A DNA stretch of 42,164 bases. It comes from a virus (Duplodnaviria > Caudoviricetes). Each line of letters opens with the position of its first letter. Within the stretch, counting starts at the first letter, position 1. The notes below the pieces were generated by a model. The model was not told the DNA's origin and searched no databases. It worked only from the letters and a program-made list of their open reading frames with translations. The DNA lies in IMG/VR virus record IMGVR_UViG_3300037488_000245, positions 1-42,164 of that record. One strand, written 5' to 3'. Below are positions 37,101-42,164 of the stretch, in pieces. The position numbers and the translations under genes are program-made.

Positions 37101-40100
37101 GTTGAATCCGGTGGTTATGCATATTTAGATCAACTAAGCAAGGCACTAGAAACTGGCAGGGGACCAAACGGTAAGGAACTTAGCAATGGAGCTAAGAGCA
37201 TCATTAATGCTTATGTAAAATCTGTAGAATGGATACAAACAAAACCAGAAGCGTTAAATGCTTTAGGTAAAGATTTTATTGAAAGAGTTGTTGGTCAACC
37301 TCCGATTGGTTCTCCAGAAAGTAGCGTACACTATGCCCTATCGAATATCCACGAATTTGTAGCTATGCTATTGACAGATAGCGATGCTATAAACTTCTTT
37401 GGTGGAGTTCCGGCGGAAAGCCGAAAGACAAGCAAACCACTGTTTGAAGTCTTACAAGGAATCAGTCAAGCTATCTGGCCTAAGTCTTCCGACGCTGAGT
37501 TGGCAAGTATACTTCGTAAGACAGTAATAGCCGACGTAACCGCTGGAACACTACGTTCTGATACCAAAATTCCAAATCCAATGGATGCTTTATTGCCAGC
37601 TATTATGCCCGGAATAACTCCTTTTAAGGTTATTGGTAATGAGGTTTTAAAAACACAAGGTATAGAAGTAGCTTCGGCGTTAAGAGCTAATCTAAAGGCT
37701 GCTAAGGGTAGGGTGTATGCCCAACTAAAGACTGGTATCCCACTAGATAAAATTGCACAAGAACAACAAACTTTCTTATCTAGAGGAGACCACTACAGTA
37801 TAAACGGAAAACCGATAACCTTATATGTCGGTGAGGATCTTTCTGGTTATAAAAGATTTACAGTAGCTGGTGATGAATTGGATTCAACACCCGCCCATAT
37901 AGCTGTCAAACCAAAAGATGTTGTAATTTGTCGTGGTATGTCTGATGAGTATGGAAGTATTTTGCTTAGTGATCTAAGGAATACAACTGATAAACCTATT
38001 GATATTTCTAATAAACTTCCTGGCTTGACGGAATATACAATTGATCAAGTCTCTCCTATTCTTCAAGAAGCAGGATATTCCGTATTAGAAATTCAAAGTA
38101 GAGCTGGCTATACACAAACCTTAATTTTAGACCCTTCTAAGGTCGATATTAAAACTCAAGCCGATAACCCAATACTCTTTATGGGGCGGTTTGGTCCTGA
38201 TTCACAAGAATTCAAATCGTGGTTTGCTGGATCAACTGTTACAACAAAAGATGGACAACCACGTGTAATGTATCACGGTTCTCCAGTAACTGGCTTTGAT
38301 AGTTTTAATACCTTTGGTGGAACTGCCGGATTATATGGTCCAGGTTCCTATTTTACCGATAGTCCATATGTTGCTGGTACCTACGCCCTAAAAAAGGGCA
38401 AGGTTGGAGAAGCTAGTGGAATATATCCTGTATACCTCAGTATTAAAAATCCTTTAGTTATTGAAGATCCTGTGCCAATAACACTTAAAGAAAAACTTAG
38501 GGACTTATTGGATTTACAGGATCAAGATGAAGATGAAATAAGTAGCAGTGTGTATTTAAATAATGCAGAAGAAGTGGTTGTAGATTTTATAGACTATCTT
38601 AATAGCTCTGAAAATACTACATTTACTTGGAAGGATCTATACAAAATCCTTAGAGAATATAGTGACCTAGATTCTGTTACTAATTTCTTAGAGACTTTGG
38701 GATACGATGGTATTACGCATATTGGTGGTGAAGCTACGAAACAACCATATAAGCATAGAGTATATATTGCATTTAATCCTCCACAGATTAAATCCATCTT
38801 CTCTGATAAGTTTACCGATTCAGTAAAAATCATGGCTCAAAAAAGAGCAGTTGATCTCCAAGAACAACTAGCCGAAGCAGCTAAAGCCTCAGGTGCAGAC
38901 GCAGCTGAGTTTGAAGCCAAGCTTGCAGAGCTAGTAGACTCCGCTGAAGTACGTAGACGTAACCTCCTTGCTGCTGGTCTCCATGAGGAAATGGAACCAG
39001 AGGATCTTGAAATCATTCAAAGTATGATCAGTGGAACCAAGGCGTTTACTCAACCAGCTACCTCACACCTTACAAAGAGAATGAAGTCTGCTGTATCATC
39101 GGCTGTATTACCAACCAAGTTTGTTGGTAAGTCCTATCGGGATCTTACAGACGATGAGCGTAGAGATTTCGTCAGCAGCGTTATGCTACCCACCATCGAA
39201 GAGAAGATGGGCAAGCGAAACCGCAGTGCTGGTATATACTCAATGATTACCGACTCAAAGGTAGGTAAGGGTATTAACTCTCTTATCGGTGGTGGTGCTG
39301 CCTATGGAGATACAGCTGATTCTGAATCCTTGCTCTTGCAATTCTTCTCCAAGATCTATGATCCATTAATGGACCTTAGAGATGGTGAGCTATCGGGTGT
39401 ATATGACCTCTTCTCCGTTGATATGCTTAACGCAGAAACGAATAACATGTACAGCCGTGCTGGTCTGTTGAATATTCAACGTAAGATCATGGCACAGGTA
39501 ACAAACCCCGTTGAGTTAGAAAAGCTATATGAAACAGCTTGGATGTACTTAGGCAATCTTGAGGCACTCCCTGCTGGTATTGCCCACCGTGAACTAATCA
39601 TTGAATTGGCTAAGGGTGTACACAAGTACAATACCATTGTAGGCGATATCCTAAAGAAGTACGGTTCACTTGATGAAGCTATGGACCCAACCAAGTATGG
39701 TACAATCCACAAGGTTAACATGCTTGCCTTCGAGGAACAGGAACGCTTTGTCGATGCCTTGGTCAAACACGCATTGACGAAGGAACGGGAAAGTAAGGAA
39801 CTAAGTATCGTAACTATGGATGCATTGGGTTGGGTTAAACTGACTCGTGATTCTGTAAGTGACGATATTAAATCTGTATCTATCCCAGAAGATTCCCCAT
39901 TGGCTAAGATCTATCCCAAAACCGAATATGATTATTCGGACTTTAAGAAGGTAGCCAAGAAGAGTTCACTGTCTAAGGATCTCCTTGATATCCACGACGA
40001 TGGTCTAACATCTTCTAAGAACTATAAGAACTGGGATATCTATAAGTCCCGTGGCGACTCCTATAGTGCCCTACGTCATACCATGACCGTAGCTAAGAAT

Positions 40101-41777
40101 CGTTATCTTGACATCGAGTCTGCTGAGTCCCGTGGCGGTAAGCCACGAACTGAGGGTGTTGGTGGTGGTCGTGAGATGGATATCACAAGAATTCTATCCC
40201 ACGAAGAGATCACCAAGAACCCAGAGTTGGCTAGATACTTTGACAAGGATATCTTTGGTCTTATTAACCAACAGTTACGCAGCAGTGTAACCGATGCTAT
40301 TATGACCAAATACATCACTGAAACCTTTGGGGTTAAGATGTCCTTCTTGGATCTTGTCGAGGTAGCCAGAAAGCACGGTGAGGCAAGCCGTGGTCAACTA
40401 ACCAAGTCTGAACAAGACTCTATTAACTATGGTTATGATAGAGTCAAAACTATTTGGGAAGCCAATACTGGTAGAATGCTTGCAAGCAGAGACGGCCTAG
40501 ATCGCCATTACAAGTCATTGTTAGAAACTGGCTCCAGACCCCTAGTCCTAGCGGCAAGTGGTCTCAGAGCGGCTGTAACCTCGACTGGTGAGACGGCTAG
40601 AGCTATCCTACAATCCAACCATAACAAGGGTATGTTGACTCAGGTTATTCCTAACTTCATCAATACCCTAAAGTTATTCAGTCGCAATAAGAGACAGACT
40701 ATTCAACAGGTAGCTTCCGCTACTCACTGGATTCGTGGTCTATCCTCTGACCACCTCTTGTTAAGAGCTGAGATGAATCCAAACAATCCATTCGGCGGTA
40801 CCATCATGGGTGCTAAGCAGGGTGGCTGGTTTAAGCGTTGGGCTGCAGCATGGCAAGGCGTTAAGGAAAGAAACAAGTTAGAGGACTCTATTGTTGGTAA
40901 GACAGCTAACTATCTAGCTGTACCCGCAAGTAAGTTAGGTGCCCCTCTTGCCTTTATTAACGATGTGACCACTACCTTGCATGTCCAGAACCTACAACAT
41001 AACCTAACAATCAATGGATCTAAGTTCTTGGCCCTAGCCAAGTTACTTCAGGAAGTAGAACCAGATTCTGTAGCTGAGTTCAAGGAACTAGCTAGAAGAG
41101 CTGGCCTATCTACCAAGGAAGCCATTGACCTATCCTCTATGGGTCTATTAGACCCTAAGAGAGTAGAGGTAATGATTGAAGCTGCTAAGGATCAAAGAAA
41201 TTACATGGAAGGTATGTTAGATGTCCAACGTCTCTACCTGTGGGCTGGAGATGACCAAACTAAGATTGATACCATCAATCGTATGGGTGGTCTCATCAAT
41301 GCCACAGCTAGACATACCAATACAGATCCTACCCTATTGGATCTAAGAATTAATCAATCTGCCTATGCTAGATCCATGGGTGTCTTCATGCAATTCCTAT
41401 TAAGTCACTCTACCCAAGAAATTGGTAGACGTAGACGATATACCACTACTGCTTATTCTAAGCACCTAGCTGGTCTAGTTATGATGGAAGCTATTGCTTA
41501 CTCCCTAGCTAGAACTAAGGATGACGATGACGATAAGTGGATCTGGGATGACTCCAAGGAAAAGCCATTCCAAACCGTAGTTAAGCTAGGTACCTCTCTA
41601 CCTCTATTAGGTAGTTATCAGTATCTCTCTGCTCTTCTAAGAGCTGGTATACTAGAAACCCACTCTACCTTAACAGGAGAGAAGTCAGAAGAACGCTATA
41701 GAACTCCTGATCTATTCTCTGGTCCTTCAGAGAACATTCCACGTAAGGCTGTGGATATGATCAAGGATCTTCTGTAA
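31182..41777 (+). CDS. Giant internal virion protein, gp16-like (3531 aa), polyvalent: 2 HExxH zincin domains, a sigma-like region and ART-like domain(s)
   Basis: Gly/Ala hydrophobic segments at ~31930-32410. HEMSH at 33813 and HEALH at 37050. FKSWF...YHGS...YFT...YPVYLSIKNPL...GYDGI...FNPPQIKS at 38210-38795. C-terminal GVFMQF (MQF at 41388) recalls the gp16 MQFKSF motif. Confidence 0.8.
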   Translation: MNTFDNERFLEESSRELPSEPRLPSWSDPTTKYSGMKPDFREQQIFNEKVQFGLLSPTFLNGRWNLTDTNQTREEIGDAALAFTIGEGTKGWGEESILKAKRLKDQYENTGTTMFSHGGRETAHWEQFTEGFNFFNIFGENESLQSAEEIKKKIQTVDSNWNDEKRLQALTEWQESNQEVNNFIASAGVNIQDFALATRNQDAFMFAINEAVQQARINIGMRLFEEDNGFFSKLGNSIAEGIKDPLMVRDMVLTSAATLGLGTVAGIAGLSSRALAGGVSAGINSSKAVKGLELARKAANAATLATGPMTGLVEGPAYAAIRALVPSTGRSAIKTMSARGLALALEGGTAGAVSSYADQQSDHDWRSLVFNDTDKAFKYNLGETAMGALTGALGAVGMATAFRFGLGAAGDYKYYKTGDWDGFRRQIANSMDTWATTKDGDIVWGNTLSDGRGIFFGDVVDNFMKRSDGRDFTNVMLNGSRLFGKFNERIAGKMNLDVKKVMPIIEEFEKATGVAGEAAMLRVDGVAPETRRLFDTILDEKNLDDADLSLDDVKKLLQDYNANRSGELVGPREVTAADGVLETMTPATKQVEIAKQIQRLVGARSLDRKLETIGVKSADVISSAETTLGRSLNLSRDDDFGNFTVAAKFAAASVDEAQVVNTLKRITSGDFGGGRTIPKEVVQSIFNSAFGDKPLVVTAAGSNKNFAVVVDPKSGEVFASGRTLKTNKSGNLEIELRADDATSKFFTEDATTVDTDTFRAKLVEVNEKLNEAWSKDVKSKVKAKIDSIKNPKAKAELAATFAEGKEVTVENIKEVFRLTKSEAVAAKIIFDALGYEGDSGMLRIAKFAADDRNAEIVLEGSTALIKATKSADMGTITHEMSHYLQVMVLDNMDAEARHAIGITDDMWTKFKDWVGFTGDEWSEQAAEKFANGMSQYVRRVMAGDGRAPTTQVQRLFHRVGDHLGKLGDRFKTQEALEAGLTVSAEAEAVFEALFNRSNSKIGELFDGAYQNLFKRLPKEQRHAIGKEILGEMAFNDYLAKKEIETAKAKAVIDPLATAAAIKTESTTKIINSIYETINKSVTRKNIKEAITVAGYTKEGYIADVNKLKDLTLGVKKLSATKPAKLDSATHLSDDELADLYTDLFEAEGLDNSLNFIGVIYDFDIKLSIVTNMGRGESVTLESLGGKIPENPTWALIPANEKRRFYSKESLLAEINRRRNAGITKTEKSLSVDPETIQSIEDMLADTGFVDSAGLSVELTPTESIVATRMAAISAASRGAVAHIETVATALTEGRTVDAATAKKAETVVPDVINVEDKPVDITAGITTLTEIAAEAKEETTRLEVELPATTIKEAKTIAAAVVAAPDDAEELLIQYQELLEGPIGRLTKQYIDAELRARISIVTIENIIGMDDVVFKRFTELQDLAATTKPTETQIAAVEKAMRSPTAENIKTAAASLGWTEEDVTILVSGRLQLTNGSLIAEFIESKNYVINNMQSITEVRKNVASQAKDYEAAKVTLRENKSLTEAEKTKLEKLVNSYEKLKGSISIFTNHAKRVKQGVLGSESIDVVDAEMKLKADEPDIQTEWLKLTNVAAASKLLKIIQSRLDQADLAKILKTIDSKIETLAEKVAFDGESSLPNWNTLSPAEKAEAWAAGKAKSAAASAFVKTIINNEEANAKRKGKTKKGIVGDVETPDGRGDSILDTGEERIGRNTKEERDDFYYKLDAESRGLRYVSDLFYSYLVESGKAELASIFMARKEAMTFKGNKTESTARILENFGITLTTKTVENRIVELKNEFELFTEMLPAEKAKELRGAFFKKETKPKTLAQSKVAKELTDEQLDELDALFNTMELGDLVTAPAYLLDVVRNSPSKLYQKISSGEVETAGDALRELAASPTSIYASLAKALLAEKSDILNNIGVHLTLMASDEKMKGSYFQNNIYLNARYGKVSVQTLIHEALHALTSEDLNTYEFVESGGYAYLDQLSKALETGRGPNGKELSNGAKSIINAYVKSVEWIQTKPEALNALGKDFIERVVGQPPIGSPESSVHYALSNIHEFVAMLLTDSDAINFFGGVPAESRKTSKPLFEVLQGISQAIWPKSSDAELASILRKTVIADVTAGTLRSDTKIPNPMDALLPAIMPGITPFKVIGNEVLKTQGIEVASALRANLKAAKGRVYAQLKTGIPLDKIAQEQQTFLSRGDHYSINGKPITLYVGEDLSGYKRFTVAGDELDSTPAHIAVKPKDVVICRGMSDEYGSILLSDLRNTTDKPIDISNKLPGLTEYTIDQVSPILQEAGYSVLEIQSRAGYTQTLILDPSKVDIKTQADNPILFMGRFGPDSQEFKSWFAGSTVTTKDGQPRVMYHGSPVTGFDSFNTFGGTAGLYGPGSYFTDSPYVAGTYALKKGKVGEASGIYPVYLSIKNPLVIEDPVPITLKEKLRDLLDLQDQDEDEISSSVYLNNAEEVVVDFIDYLNSSENTTFTWKDLYKILREYSDLDSVTNFLETLGYDGITHIGGEATKQPYKHRVYIAFNPPQIKSIFSDKFTDSVKIMAQKRAVDLQEQLAEAAKASGADAAEFEAKLAELVDSAEVRRRNLLAAGLHEEMEPEDLEIIQSMISGTKAFTQPATSHLTKRMKSAVSSAVLPTKFVGKSYRDLTDDERRDFVSSVMLPTIEEKMGKRNRSAGIYSMITDSKVGKGINSLIGGGAAYGDTADSESLLLQFFSKIYDPLMDLRDGELSGVYDLFSVDMLNAETNNMYSRAGLLNIQRKIMAQVTNPVELEKLYETAWMYLGNLEALPAGIAHRELIIELAKGVHKYNTIVGDILKKYGSLDEAMDPTKYGTIHKVNMLAFEEQERFVDALVKHALTKERESKELSIVTMDALGWVKLTRDSVSDDIKSVSIPEDSPLAKIYPKTEYDYSDFKKVAKKSSLSKDLLDIHDDGLTSSKNYKNWDIYKSRGDSYSALRHTMTVAKNRYLDIESAESRGGKPRTEGVGGGREMDITRILSHEEITKNPELARYFDKDIFGLINQQLRSSVTDAIMTKYITETFGVKMSFLDLVEVARKHGEASRGQLTKSEQDSINYGYDRVKTIWEANTGRMLASRDGLDRHYKSLLETGSRPLVLAASGLRAAVTSTGETARAILQSNHNKGMLTQVIPNFINTLKLFSRNKRQTIQQVASATHWIRGLSSDHLLLRAEMNPNNPFGGTIMGAKQGGWFKRWAAAWQGVKERNKLEDSIVGKTANYLAVPASKLGAPLAFINDVTTTLHVQNLQHNLTINGSKFLALAKLLQEVEPDSVAEFKELARRAGLSTKEAIDLSSMGLLDPKRVEVMIEAAKDQRNYMEGMLDVQRLYLWAGDDQTKIDTINRMGGLINATARHTNTDPTLLDLRINQSAYARSMGVFMQFLLSHSTQEIGRRRRYTTTAYSKHLAGLVMMEAIAYSLARTKDDDDDKWIWDDSKEKPFQTVVKLGTSLPLLGSYQYLSALLRAGILETHSTLTGEKSEERYRTPDLFSGPSENIPRKAVDMIKDLL

Positions 41778-41789
41778 AAGCACTAGGAT

Positions 41790-41859
41790 GCCATTAGAGA
41801 CGTTCCTGTAGTTTAGACCCCCATCCATAGGGGTAGACTCAGGAACGTCTCTAATAGGC
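41790..41859. repeat. Long hairpin / inverted repeat after the last gene
   Basis: Perfect 16-bp arms ATTAGAGACGTTCCTG (41793-41808) and CAGGAACGTCTCTAAT (41840-41855), with further internal pairing. Confidence 0.9.
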
Positions 41860-41897
41860 TTATAGACGGTTTGTGATTGAGGTTGGGTTGATGTATT

Positions 41898-42157
41898 CCT
41901 ATGGGGTATTCACCTGTACGAGTAGTCCCTGACTTGGTGCTAGGAAATAGCACTGGGTGGAACCAGTATAAAGAAAAAGAGCGGTCTCTCTTCATACGGA
42001 GAGACTAGGAAAGGTAGTAAGGGGATACTCTAGGGATAACGTAAGGATAAACGTAGGGTTATCTATAGGATAAAACAATACATAAATAAAACCTATAGGG
42101 GATAACGTTAGGATAGAGTGGCACTTTGGGATCTTGGACAGGTAAATACCCCATAGG
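41898..42157. repeat. 20-bp long-range inverted repeat enclosing further hairpins and short direct repeats
   Basis: CCTATGGGGTATTCACCTGT (41898-41917) vs ACAGGTAAATACCCCATAGG (42138-42157), 19/20 complementary. GGGATAACGT(A/T)AGGATA occurs at 42033-42049 and 42099-42115. Confidence 0.85.
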
Positions 42158-42164
42158 GGAATGG

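Noticed and set aside
31182-41777. Virion RNA polymerase (N4-like ~3500 aa or crAss-like), suggested by the size
   Set aside because: I found no single-subunit RNAP motif set and no DxDGD metal-binding motif. The motifs present fit a gp16-like polyvalent protein instead, and an HHpred run would settle it.
461-41995. All minus-strand ORFs and short alternate-frame plus-strand ORFs in the track (e.g. 33152-33640, 8550-8897, 41813-41995)
   Set aside because: Nearly all are shadows of long, well-supported plus-strand genes. 41813-41995 overlaps the structured end region. None has a recognisable motif.
42031-42048. TAGGGATAAC resembles the start of the I-SceI site
   Set aside because: Only the first 10 of 18 nt match, and the sequence belongs to a local repeat family. 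No vector sequence is present.
41778-42164. CRISPR mini-array or tRNA in the terminal region
   Set aside because: There are no regularly spaced identical repeats with unique spacers, and no cloverleaf with T-loop/D-loop consensus was seen.
1-42164. Stop-codon reassignment
   Set aside because: Genes are full length under the standard code, and TAA, TGA and TAG are all used as stops at sensible gene ends.

Overview
This window is a 42 kb, all plus-strand late/structural arm of a T7-like podovirus (Autographiviridae-type head and tail genes), probably running up to the right genome end. Gene order: 3' part of a class II (B12-dependent) ribonucleotide reductase; small ORFs; portal; two orphan proteins; scaffold; major capsid with a fused C-terminal extension; T-phi-like terminator; tail tubular A and B; two fibre/adaptor genes; holin-like gene and a lipoprotein with u-spanin-like topology; a 1670-aa repetitive fibre; an orphan; a chain of coupled Lys-rich micro-ORFs; terminase small and large subunits; then, unusually after terminase, the internal virion (ejection) module. 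That module ends in a 3531-aa gp16-like protein. Its middle appears to carry enzymatic or regulatory cargo: two HExxH zincin domains, a sigma-factor-like region, a degenerate ADP-ribosyltransferase-like (ART) domain and a full one. This candidate injected polyvalent effector is the most interesting element. The last ~390 nt are non-coding and rich in hairpins and inverted repeats. All family assignments come from motif recognition by eye; no searches were run.
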